The notes under the pieces were generated by a model. That model had not been told where the DNA came from. It ran no database searches and worked only from the letters and a program-made list of their open reading frames with translations. The position numbers and the translations under genes are program-made. DNA of 64,000 nt from Vulcanimicrobiaceae bacterium (GTDB lineage Bacteria > Verrucomicrobiota > Verrucomicrobiia > Limisphaerales > Palsa-1400): assembly GCA_035511075.1 (NCBI GenBank), contig DATKFW010000150.1, forward strand, positions 26,960 through 90,959. Direction: 5' to 3'. Shown here in pieces: positions 1 to 8,637 of this stretch. The stretch's first letter is position 1. The number at the start of each line of letters is the position of its first letter.

Positions 1-1
1 C

Positions 2-1915
2 ACGCAGTACGCGATGGACCCGGTCGGCGACCTGGGCTTGCTCAAGATGGATTTTCTCGGGCTCAAGACTTTGACCGTCATCCGCAACACGTGCGAATTG
101 GTGAAACAGGGCCGGGGAATCGACATTCCAATCGAGAACCTGCCGCTGGACGACGCCGGCGCCTACGACCTGCTCAACAAGGCCAACACGATCGGGATTT
201 TCCAGTTGGAATCCGGCGGGATGCGGGATTTGTGCCGCAAGTTTCAGATCAGTTCCATCGAACACATCACGGCGCTGGTGGCGCTCTATCGCCCCGGCCC
301 GATGGACCTCATCCCCGATTTCATCCGCCGGCGTCACGGGGAAGTTAAAATCGAATACGAGCATCCGCTGCTGGAGCCGTTGAGCAAGGAGACTTACGGC
401 GTACTCATTTACCAGGAACAGGTCATGCAGGCGGCGCAGGTCCTGGCCGGCTATACTCTCGGCGCCGCCGATGTCCTCCGGCGCGCCATGGGCAAAAAGA
501 AAGTCGAGGAAATGGCCAAACAGCGCGAGAGCTTTGTCAAGGGTTGCGCGCGTGTCAATAATATTGCCGCCCCGAAGGCGAACCAGATTTTTGATTTGCT
601 CGAAAAATTCGCCGGGTACGGATTCAACAAATCCCACGCCGCGGCCTACGCGATGGTCGCCTATCAAACGGCCTATCTGAAGGCCAATTATCCGGTTGAA
701 TTTCTCAGCGCGATGATGACCAACGATCTGAGCGACATCGGCAAGCTGGGGATTTTGATCGGTGAGGCGCGGGCCTTCGGCATCGAGGTCCTCCCGCCCG
801 ATGTCAACGAAAGCGGCGTCTTTTTCACTCCCAGCGGAAATTCGGCCGGGGAAAAGGGCGGCGCCATTCGTTTTGGCCTGGCGGCGATCAAAGGGGTCGG
901 GCAGGTGGCCGTCGAAACGCTGCTGGCGGCGCGGCAGGCGGGGAAATTTGGGTCGCTGGCCGAATTGTGCGAGCGGGTTGATGGGAGGGCCGTCAGCCGC
1001 AAGGTGCTGGAAGCGCTGGTCAAGTCGGGCGCGTGCGATTGTTTTGGCGAAACCCGAGCGACGATGTTCGGGAAAATCGACCGGGTGGTGACACGGGCCG
1101 CCGGCATCCTCCAGGACCGGCAACGCGGCCAGGATACGCTTTTTGGGAAGTTGGAGGAGCGCGCCGAAACCAAGCCGGAGCCTGAAAAGCAATTGCCCGA
1201 ATGGCCGCAGCACGAATTGCTTGCGCACGAAAAGGAGTTGTTGGGTTTCTATGTCACGGGTCATCCGCTGACGCCGTACGCGCCGATTCTGGAAAAGTAC
1301 ACGACGCATGACACCAGCCAGCTATCGCAACTGGCCAATCGCGAGATGACTCGGATCGGCGGATTGGTAGTAGAGGTGCAAAAGGGAGTTTCCAAGAAGA
1401 CCAACAAACCGTACGCGACAGTCACGCTGGAGGATTTGAAAGGATCGGTGCAAATCCTTTGCCTTAACGAGAACTACGAAAAATTCGGGAACCTGCTGAT
1501 TCCGAAAAAGGCATTGCTCGTCACCGGCGAAGTCAATTTGTCCGAGGACAAACCGAAGATTTTCCCACAACAAATAATTCCGCTCGAAGAGGCGCCCCAC
1601 TCGTACACGAAACAGGTCCATCTGCGCCTCCAAATGGCGCATTTGAAAGCCGGGGATTTGGCGGCCGCCCGGGACCTGGCCAGCAGTCATCCGGGCAAGT
1701 GCCCTTTGTTTCTTTGCCTGAAATGGCCCGCGGGCGAGATCGTCTTCATCGAGGCCCATGACAAATATTTCGTCGAACCGGCGCCTGAACTGCAACAGGC
1801 TGTGGACGCCCGCTTCGGGGAAGAAACGTATTACGCGAAAGTGGATGCCGCGCTCCCGCCGCGGACTCCGCGCCAATGGGAGAAAAGGAGCCACGGCGGA
1901 AATGCCGGGGAATAA
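2..1915 (+). CDS. dnaE: DNA polymerase III alpha subunit, C-terminal part (5' truncated by window)
   Basis: Frame is open from the window start (TQYAMDP...). Motifs [60 protein letters not shown] and a C-terminal OB fold. Confidence 0.97.
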   Translation, partial: TQYAMDPVGDLGLLKMDFLGLKTLTVIRNTCELVKQGRGIDIPIENLPLDDAGAYDLLNKANTIGIFQLESGGMRDLCRKFQISSIEHITALVALYRPGPMDLIPDFIRRRHGEVKIEYEHPLLEPLSKETYGVLIYQEQVMQAAQVLAGYTLGAADVLRRAMGKKKVEEMAKQRESFVKGCARVNNIAAPKANQIFDLLEKFAGYGFNKSHAAAYAMVAYQTAYLKANYPVEFLSAMMTNDLSDIGKLGILIGEARAFGIEVLPPDVNESGVFFTPSGNSAGEKGGAIRFGLAAIKGVGQVAVETLLAARQAGKFGSLAELCERVDGRAVSRKVLEALVKSGACDCFGETRATMFGKIDRVVTRAAGILQDRQRGQDTLFGKLEERAETKPEPEKQLPEWPQHELLAHEKELLGFYVTGHPLTPYAPILEKYTTHDTSQLSQLANREMTRIGGLVVEVQKGVSKKTNKPYATVTLEDLKGSVQILCLNENYEKFGNLLIPKKALLVTGEVNLSEDKPKIFPQQIIPLEEAPHSYTKQVHLRLQMAHLKAGDLAAARDLASSHPGKCPLFLCLKWPAGEIVFIEAHDKYFVEPAPELQQAVDARFGEETYYAKVDAALPPRTPRQWEKRSHGGNAGE

Positions 1916-1932
1916 TCCCGGTGTTCAAAAGC

Positions 1933-1962
1933 AAAAAAGCCGACAGTTGAGGGTGTCGGCTT
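1933..1962 (-). terminator. Intrinsic terminator for the rhodanese gene (between convergent genes)
   Basis: Stem AAGCCGACA/TGTCGGCTT with an A-tract at 1933-1938 (U-tract on the minus strand). Confidence 0.7.
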
Positions 1963-1980
1963 GCGATGGAAAAAGTTTGT

Positions 1981-2367
1981 TTAACTTCCCTTTTCAGTTT
2001 TCTCGCCGGCGTCCTTCCAACCCATGATGCCCGCGGTGAGGTGTTTGATATTCTTATAGCCGAGTTGTTGGGCGGCGACGGCGGCGGCGCGATAGGCCGG
2101 GCAACTCGGATTGGCGCAATAGGCCACAATCAAGACGTTTTTATCCGACGGCAAAAGGCTGGCCAGATGGTCCCTGTTGGCGGTGAAATCTATGGCGCCA
2201 GGGATATGTCCCGCCTGCCAAGAGTCCGTGCCATTGGCGTCCAGGAGAACGATTTTCTGCGATGACATGGACGACTTGAGGTCGCCAATGGTAATGGTCG
2301 GAAATTCAGCCGCGTAAACGCTGGCGGCGAAAACCAACGCAAAAGCAAGTATCAAAAGTTTTTTCAT
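1981..2367 (-). CDS. Exported single-domain rhodanese-like sulfurtransferase
   Basis: Signal peptide MKKLLILAFALVFAASVYA; motifs LLDAN, GHIPGAI, VAYC, LGY, GIMGW. Confidence 0.88.
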   Translation of the reverse strand: MKKLLILAFALVFAASVYAAEFPTITIGDLKSSMSSQKIVLLDANGTDSWQAGHIPGAIDFTANRDHLASLLPSDKNVLIVAYCANPSCPAYRAAAVAAQQLGYKNIKHLTAGIMGWKDAGEKTEKGS

Positions 2368-2486
2368 GGTATTCTACCTTTCCGTTGTAAATAACCACAA
2401 TTGCCGCTCCGACGCAACCCTCTTTTGTGCCTCGTCCGTCGCATCAGGATGTTGCTTGACACAGTCCGCGCCGGAGGCGGTAATTC

Positions 2487-3014
2487 ATGGGGAATATGAA
2501 GAGTTCCTATGGCATTCGTCCGGCGACCGAAGCGGACCTTGTCGCGATTAACGACATTTACAATCATTTCGTGCTGCATTCAAGTTGCACGTATCAGGAA
2601 GAACCAGAGCCGCTGGAGCGTCGGCGGCAATGGTTTGGCGGGCATGGCGCCCAACATCCGGTGATCGTTGCTGAAGCGGGCGGTCAGGTGGCCGGATGGG
2701 GATCGCTTTCGACTTATAACGCGCGTTGCGCTTACAGACACACGGTCGAGAATTCTATTTATGTCCATCACCAACACCACCGGCGGGGCATCGGATCGAT
2801 TCTGCTGCAAGAACTGATTGTTCGCGCCCGGAGTCTCGGCCATCACGCGATCATCGCTGGTATTGACAGCGAGCAAACCGGCAGCGTGGCGCTGCACGCG
2901 AAGTTTCACTTTGAGAAGGTCGGTCATTTCAAGGAGGTGGGTTTCAAGTTCGGCCGGTGGCTCGATGTGATCTACATGGAGCTGAGCCTGGACGGTCCTT
3001 CGCCCTTAATCTGA
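2487..3014 (+). CDS. GNAT N-acetyltransferase, phosphinothricin/methionine sulfoximine acetyltransferase (Pat/MnaT/YncA) family
   Basis: IRPAT..D...I..IYN, TVENSIYV, RRGIG, SVALH..F, VGFKFGRWLD. Confidence 0.9.
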   Translation: MGNMKSSYGIRPATEADLVAINDIYNHFVLHSSCTYQEEPEPLERRRQWFGGHGAQHPVIVAEAGGQVAGWGSLSTYNARCAYRHTVENSIYVHHQHHRRGIGSILLQELIVRARSLGHHAIIAGIDSEQTGSVALHAKFHFEKVGHFKEVGFKFGRWLDVIYMELSLDGPSPLI

Positions 3015-3046
3015 GTGAATCGAGACGGGCGCGGGGAGGGGAAGTT

Positions 3047-3325
3047 TTACGCGCCCTGGCGGACTTTCTCCTTCTTTTCCTCCAACTCGGCGTGAAGGGA
3101 CTTGCGGGTGCTGACCAGTTGTTTCTCCAATTGCGCGACGGCCTCGAAATCTCCCTTGGCGGCGGCGGCGGTGCGCTCGTCTTTGAGAAAGATTTCGCGC
3201 TCGGCGATTTTGGCGGCGTACCTGGAGTCCAGGTCGGCGAGTTGTGTTTTTTGTTCGCTGGTGAGTTTGACGGTAGGAGCGGATTTGCTCAATCGCTCCA
3301 TGGCGAGTTCGTAAGCGGATTTCAT
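3047..3325 (-). CDS. Small helical hypothetical protein
   Basis: 92-aa charged coiled-coil-like ORF (MKSAYELAMERL...); ATGA overlap with the upstream TPR gene. Confidence 0.8.
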   Translation of the reverse strand: MKSAYELAMERLSKSAPTVKLTSEQKTQLADLDSRYAAKIAEREIFLKDERTAAAAKGDFEAVAQLEKQLVSTRKSLHAELEEKKEKVRQGA

Positions 3326-3741
3326 GGTTTGCTTTTTTTCCAGGGCATGTCGGGGAATTTTTCCGGTGGCGGCTTGGGTTTTGCCATCTGCAGAGCGGAG
3401 TCAGTGGCGGGCGCGGGGGTCATGTTGCCCCGCCAGGAGGCGATGCGCGCCTGCAAGCCATGATGTTCGGCGGTTGTTTTGTCGCCAGCTTTCATGTAGG
3501 CGCGCGAGAGGTTAGTGTGGACGAGTTGGTCGTGGGGCCTGATTTTTTCCGCTTTGTGGCCTTCGGCGATGGCGGCGGGGTAATCGCCCCTGGCGTAAAA
3601 AGCGCCGCCCAGGGAGAGTTGGGCATCGAAATACGCGGGGTCCTGCGCCAGGATGGCCTGCAAGCTTTGGATGGCGCCGTCAATGTTGCCGGTGCTGAAT
3701 TCAAACATGGCGTCGTCGAACTGGTCTTGCAGGCTTGGCAT
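3322..3741 (-). CDS. Tetratricopeptide repeat protein
   Basis: TPR patterns (AQLSLGGAFYARGDYPAAI, VHTNLSRAYMKAGD) and a Pro-rich tail. Confidence 0.85.
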   Translation of the reverse strand: MPSLQDQFDDAMFEFSTGNIDGAIQSLQAILAQDPAYFDAQLSLGGAFYARGDYPAAIAEGHKAEKIRPHDQLVHTNLSRAYMKAGDKTTAEHHGLQARIASWRGNMTPAPATDSALQMAKPKPPPEKFPDMPWKKSKP

Positions 3742-3799
3742 GGCGCTAATCCAACATATACGATTTGGCGGATACGGAAAGTCGAATTATATACTGCGC

Positions 3800-4576
3800 A
3801 TGGCGATAAAACTTATATCGACCGATTTTGACGGGACATTGTTCGCGGAATTTGAAAATCCGCCGGTGCCGGTGAAGCTGCAAAATCTCATTGGCAAACT
3901 GCAAGCCGGGGGGGCGACATGGGTGATTAATACCGGGCGCGATTTGTCGAGTCTTTTGGAGACGACAGGCCGGGCGCGCCTGACGGTCAAGCCGGATTTT
4001 GTGGTGATCGTCGAGCGGGAAATCTACCGGCGCGATGAGTCGGAGTACGTTGAGGACGGGGCGTGGAACCGGGCGAGCCGGAAGGCGCACGCGGAGGTGT
4101 TTCGGCACGTGCGCGGCGATGTGCCGCGGCTGCGCAAGTGGGTTGAGACGCGATTCAATGCGACCATTTACGAGGACATTTATTCGCCCTTTTGCTTTAT
4201 CGCGGAATCCAATGCGGACGCGGAGGCCATTCACGGATATCTCGACACGTATTGCCGGGACGTGCCGAATCTGACTGTGGTGCGAAATGACATTTACGCG
4301 CGCCTGAGCCATGAAGCGTTCAACAAGGGGACGGCGCTGGGGGAAATTGCCCGGCAATTGGGGATCGAGGCCGGCGAGACGTTTGCGGCGGGGGATCATT
4401 TGAATGATTTGCCCATGCTCTCGCGGCGGCATGCGCATTGGCTGGCGGCCCCGTCCAACGCAATCGAAGCGGTCAAGGCCGTTGTGCGCAATCAAAAGGG
4501 CCACGTCAGCCAGCTCCATTGCGGCCATGGGGTGGCGGACGGGCTGGAGGAGCTTTTGGCGAAGGCCAAAGGCTAA
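3800..4576 (+). CDS. HAD-superfamily hydrolase, subfamily IIB (Cof/sucrose-phosphatase-like)
   Basis: Start reassigned to ATG 3800 (MAIKLISTDFDGT). Motifs DFDGT, NTGR, NKG, GDHLNDLPM. Confidence 0.88.
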   Translation: MAIKLISTDFDGTLFAEFENPPVPVKLQNLIGKLQAGGATWVINTGRDLSSLLETTGRARLTVKPDFVVIVEREIYRRDESEYVEDGAWNRASRKAHAEVFRHVRGDVPRLRKWVETRFNATIYEDIYSPFCFIAESNADAEAIHGYLDTYCRDVPNLTVVRNDIYARLSHEAFNKGTALGEIARQLGIEAGETFAAGDHLNDLPMLSRRHAHWLAAPSNAIEAVKAVVRNQKGHVSQLHCGHGVADGLEELLAKAKG

Positions 4577-4639
4577 CGCGAAGGCGTTGCGGAGTTTTGT
4601 TCGCCTCGACTTTGCGGGGGGCTGGGGTACTTTGGGGCG

Positions 4640-5488
4640 ATGTCGCAAACCCTGACGCTTGGACATTCACCGGACCCGGATGACGCCTTCATGTTTTATG
4701 GGCTGGCCAAGGAATTGATTCCGACGGGCGGCTTCAAGTTTACGCATTTCCTGCAGGACATCCAAACCCTGAACGAACGGGCCACGCGCGGCGAGCTGGA
4801 CATCACCGCCATCAGCATCCACGCCTACGCCTACATCGGCTCGCGCTACGCGCTGCTGCCCAGCGGGGCAAGCATGGGGGACGGTTATGGCCCGATGCTT
4901 GTGGCCAAAGAGCGGCTGAGTCGCCGGGAAGTGTCAAATAGAAAGATCGCGATTCCGGGCACGATGACCAGCGCGTTTCTGGCGCTGCAACTGTGGCTGC
5001 AGCGGCCAGGGAACCAGCTCGATTTTATCGTGGTTCCGTTCGACAAGATTTTCCGGGCGATCCGACTGGGGCAGGCCGACGCCGGCTTGATCATTCACGA
5101 GGGGCAATTGACTTATCAAAAGGAGGGTTTGGCCGTGTGCCAGGATTTGGGCGAGTGGTGGAAGCGTGAGAATGACGGCCTTCCGCTGCCGCTGGGGGGG
5201 AACGTGATTCACAAGCGATTCCCGGCCGGGACGCGCTCGCAGATCGCGCGAATCCTGGCGGCCAGCATTCAATATGGGCTGGACCATCGCGCGGAGGCGG
5301 TGGAGCACGCGTTGCAATACGCGCGCGACATGGGGCGCGAACTGGCGGATCAATTCGTGGGGATGTATGTCAATCATTGGACGTTGGATTACGGAGAAAA
5401 GGGGAGGGAGGCGATCCGGCGGTTCCTCGGGCAGGCGCATGAGCATGGGTTGATTCCGCACAAACAGGAACTGGAGTTCGTCACTTGA
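4640..5488 (+). CDS. mqnD: 1,4-dihydroxy-6-naphthoate synthase (futalosine menaquinone pathway)
   Basis: LGHSPDPDDAFMFY, DIQTLN, GASMGDGYGP, GLIIHEGQLTY, LPLPLGG, MYVN. Confidence 0.9.
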   Translation: MSQTLTLGHSPDPDDAFMFYGLAKELIPTGGFKFTHFLQDIQTLNERATRGELDITAISIHAYAYIGSRYALLPSGASMGDGYGPMLVAKERLSRREVSNRKIAIPGTMTSAFLALQLWLQRPGNQLDFIVVPFDKIFRAIRLGQADAGLIIHEGQLTYQKEGLAVCQDLGEWWKRENDGLPLPLGGNVIHKRFPAGTRSQIARILAASIQYGLDHRAEAVEHALQYARDMGRELADQFVGMYVNHWTLDYGEKGREAIRRFLGQAHEHGLIPHKQELEFVT

Positions 5489-5510
5489 TGGGAGGGGAGG
5501 AATTGCCGGC

Positions 5511-8393
5511 ATGAAACTTCTGCCGATCGTCGGACGGGAGTTGCGGGAGGGTTCGCGGCGCCGGGGAACCTACTGGCTGCGGGTGCGCGTGGCCGCCCAG
5601 GCGATCCTCATCGGAATTGTCGCCTACGTGACCAGTGTGCTCAACCCCGCCAGGAAGCTGGGGACGGTGCTTTTCTGGGGATTGGCCGGGGTGTCGATGC
5701 TTTTTTGTCTCCTGGCCGGGCGGCGCTCGACGGCCGATTGCCTGAGCCAGGAGAAACGGGAGGGGACGCTGGGACTTTTGTTCCTGACGGATTTGAAGGG
5801 TTACGACGTGGTGCTGGGAAAATTGGCGGCGACCTCGGTGACGGGCTTGTACGCGTTGCTGGCGGTTTTTCCGGTGCTGGGGGTGCCGTTGTTGACCGGC
5901 GGGATGACCAGCGGGGAAGTCGGGCGCATGATCGTGGTGCTGACGAACACGTTTTTTTTCTCGATCTCGGCCGGCATTTTTGCGTCGGCGATCAGCCGGG
6001 ACTACCGCACGGCGATGGCTGCAAACTTCTCGCTGTGGCTGGCGCTGGTGTGCGCGCCAACGGCCTTGGGAATCGGGCTGGGGATCGCCGTGTCGCGCCA
6101 TATTTGGCCGCTATTCTATTCGTGCCCGATCTTTTCATTCTATATGAGCGCGGACGCGATGTATGCGGCGAGGCCGGATAATTATTGGTGGTCAATCGTG
6201 GTGACAGACGGGCTGGCGTGGGTCCTTGTGGTGCTGGCGTGCCGGATCGTGCCTCGCACATGGGGCGACAAGCCGGAGCGGGCGGAGGCGCGGCGGTGGC
6301 GCTGGCGGGATTTGGGGCGGTTGATCACTTACGGCAACGCGGACCGGCGCGCGGCGTTCCGGAAAGAGGCGCTGGACAGGAACGCATATTTCTGGCACGC
6401 GGCGCGCGCACGGCTCAAGCCGGCGCATGTCTGGCTGTTTTTGGGATTGTCCGGGGCCTGGTGGATTTGGTGCTGGGTGGATAATGGGCCCATTTGGCTG
6501 GACGTGGTGACATTTGTCGCGACGTCGGTGTTCCTGAATTCCACCTTCAAACTCTGGATCACGCTGGAAGCGGGCCAACGCCTGGGGGAGGACCGGCGGT
6601 CCGGCGCATTTGAATTATTGCTGGCCACGCCACTGACCGTGGCGGATATCTTGCGCGGACAATTGCTGGCCTTGCGCCGGCAGTTCTTCAAGCCGCTGGT
6701 GGTGGTGATCGTCCTAGAATCAGTCTTCATTGCGGTGCTGAGGGGCAGACATAAAATCGAGACTTTGGAAGTGACGGCGGAATTATTGGTCCTGCCGACG
6801 GACATCGCGGCGTTGATTTGCGTGGCGATGTCCGCCGCGTTGAGGTCGAAAAGCCAGACGCAAGCCACGGTCATGACCGTGTCACGCATATTAATTCTGC
6901 CGTGGATCATAGTCGGGGCAATCCACGGGTTGGGTGTGGCGCTTTACTGGCTGAATCTTATGACATGGGAGCCGAGTGAGCGTGCGGAAATTGCGGAGTG
7001 GCTGTGGATTTCCGTGGCGGTGGATTTGATTTATGGTTTGCCGGCGTGGTGGTCTTTGCGGCAGCACTTTCGCCGGCTGGCCACCCAACGGCCCACGCCG
7101 ATGGAGTGGCGGGCGTTGTGGAGGTGGACGTTTGCCAGGGTGGGAGGGCTGGCTGGACGAATCGTTCCCCCGCGCTTGAGAATAGCCGCGGTGGCAGTCG
7201 TGGGAGCGGCGGTGACGCTGGGGGTCGTCCATTACGCGCGGCCCAGGCACTCTGACGCGCGGCCGCCCGTCGATGTGTCAATAACACAAAGCAACGCTCC
7301 ATTGAGTATTATTCTAGGAGGCGGCGGGGGTGTGTTTCTCATCCTGCCGGACGGAACGCTGTGGCGCTGGGGCGCGACGGGGGCGCCGCTAACGGCGCGC
7401 GCGGCGATGCCGGAGCAGGTGGGCACAAACCACGATTGGCTCAAGGCGGATTCCGAGGGGCCGCGTTGCCTGGGGCTTCGGGGCGACGGCACGGTTTGGG
7501 AATTGGGACTGAGCAATGGGACGAATTTGATGATGCCCCGACCAGCCATTGATGGCTCCAATTGGGCGGATATTGGCGCAGGGCGCCAGTCGACGATTGG
7601 ATTAATGAGAGACGGAACGATCTGGGAATGGGACGGCGTGTTGCCCACTGCGACCCGTCCGGTCCGAGTTGGAATGGGGAGCAATTGGGCGGCGGTTTGC
7701 TGCCGGGACAGTTCGTATATTGGTCTGCGAGCCGACGGAACGTTGTGGGCCTGGGGCGCGATCAGGGGCACCCGGAACGGTTCGTCCTGGTTCAATACAA
7801 ATATAGACGAGCCAGCGCGGCTCTGCGCGGAGACCAATTGGATTAGTCTTGACGGCAACGGACAGGCGCGAAATCGGGCCGGAGAATTGTGGTACGCCGG
7901 ATCCAGCCTGCCGGAGCCGGACGCCAGCGTGGCGACGGTGTGCCGGCGGATAACTTCCAGGCGGGTGATGTATCGGGTGGACACGGGGCAAAATTGGATG
8001 AGGTGCGAGATACGATCCGACGGAACTCTCTGGACTACGACGATGACCGGCTGGAACGCTCTAACGGCGTCGTCAGCGGCAGGGAGCGAGATCGGAACGC
8101 GGTCCGATTGGGTCGCGTTGTGGGGATTCGATGGAACGGCGTTCGGGCTAACGGGGGATGGAATACTTTGGGCCTGGGGCGTTGATCTGGGGTGCGAACC
8201 GGTCGCCAGTGTCAGGACCCGAATTCGTTTGGTACAATCGCTTTTCAACGGGCAAGCGCGAAGCGCCGGCGGGTGGTGGCCCGGCAGCCTGCCGCCGCCG
8301 ATTTTGGAGGAGCCGATGCCATTGATGAAGCTAGATTGGAGCAAAGGAAGCGCGGGACCGCCCGAATCGTCAACGACGCCGGAAATCAAATGA
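5511..8393 (+). CDS. ABC-2-type permease-like membrane protein (two permease modules) fused to a C-terminal RCC1/BLIP-II-like repeat domain
   Basis: N-terminal IVGRELR; two permease signatures SQEKREGTLGLLFLTDL and GEDRRSGAFELLLATPL; many TM segments; repeated L-x-x-DG-T-L-W-x-WG blades from about 7340 to 8180. Confidence 0.75.
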   Translation: MKLLPIVGRELREGSRRRGTYWLRVRVAAQAILIGIVAYVTSVLNPARKLGTVLFWGLAGVSMLFCLLAGRRSTADCLSQEKREGTLGLLFLTDLKGYDVVLGKLAATSVTGLYALLAVFPVLGVPLLTGGMTSGEVGRMIVVLTNTFFFSISAGIFASAISRDYRTAMAANFSLWLALVCAPTALGIGLGIAVSRHIWPLFYSCPIFSFYMSADAMYAARPDNYWWSIVVTDGLAWVLVVLACRIVPRTWGDKPERAEARRWRWRDLGRLITYGNADRRAAFRKEALDRNAYFWHAARARLKPAHVWLFLGLSGAWWIWCWVDNGPIWLDVVTFVATSVFLNSTFKLWITLEAGQRLGEDRRSGAFELLLATPLTVADILRGQLLALRRQFFKPLVVVIVLESVFIAVLRGRHKIETLEVTAELLVLPTDIAALICVAMSAALRSKSQTQATVMTVSRILILPWIIVGAIHGLGVALYWLNLMTWEPSERAEIAEWLWISVAVDLIYGLPAWWSLRQHFRRLATQRPTPMEWRALWRWTFARVGGLAGRIVPPRLRIAAVAVVGAAVTLGVVHYARPRHSDARPPVDVSITQSNAPLSIILGGGGGVFLILPDGTLWRWGATGAPLTARAAMPEQVGTNHDWLKADSEGPRCLGLRGDGTVWELGLSNGTNLMMPRPAIDGSNWADIGAGRQSTIGLMRDGTIWEWDGVLPTATRPVRVGMGSNWAAVCCRDSSYIGLRADGTLWAWGAIRGTRNGSSWFNTNIDEPARLCAETNWISLDGNGQARNRAGELWYAGSSLPEPDASVATVCRRITSRRVMYRVDTGQNWMRCEIRSDGTLWTTTMTGWNALTASSAAGSEIGTRSDWVALWGFDGTAFGLTGDGILWAWGVDLGCEPVASVRTRIRLVQSLFNGQARSAGGWWPGSLPPPILEEPMPLMKLDWSKGSAGPPESSTTPEIK

Positions 8394-8637
8394 GAGTTCT
8401 CGCTGAGAGCGCGTAGAACTCGCAATCCATTGACGCCCAATAGGGTCGGGTCAACGTGTGCGGGCTTGAGTGGGCGGTCAAACTTTCGTGGCACCTTCCC
8501 CCGCGGCATTTCGTTTGTATAGATGGGATGCACGCAAGGTCTCCGTCCGAATTCAGTGTCTGGTGCGAGCGATTGTGGCTCCCGTGGATCCAGGCGCACA
8601 GCGCCTGGTGAGAATCTGGAATTTTATGGAAAAGATC

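Noticed and set aside
3653-3799. N-terminal extensions in the ORF track (also hom, gspF, accC, accB, M50B, CA)
   Set aside because: They overlap neighbouring genes or precede the conserved N-terminal motif, so downstream starts were chosen.
7232-8599. 455-aa minus-strand ORF
   Set aside because: Antisense to the RCC1-like domain; Pro/Ser/Arg-rich, no motifs.
8394-8637. Possible riboswitch upstream of the fibre gene (CGCAAGGTCTCCG resembles part of c-di-GMP-I)
   Set aside because: The GGCAAA/GNRA core is missing; only short generic hairpins are present.
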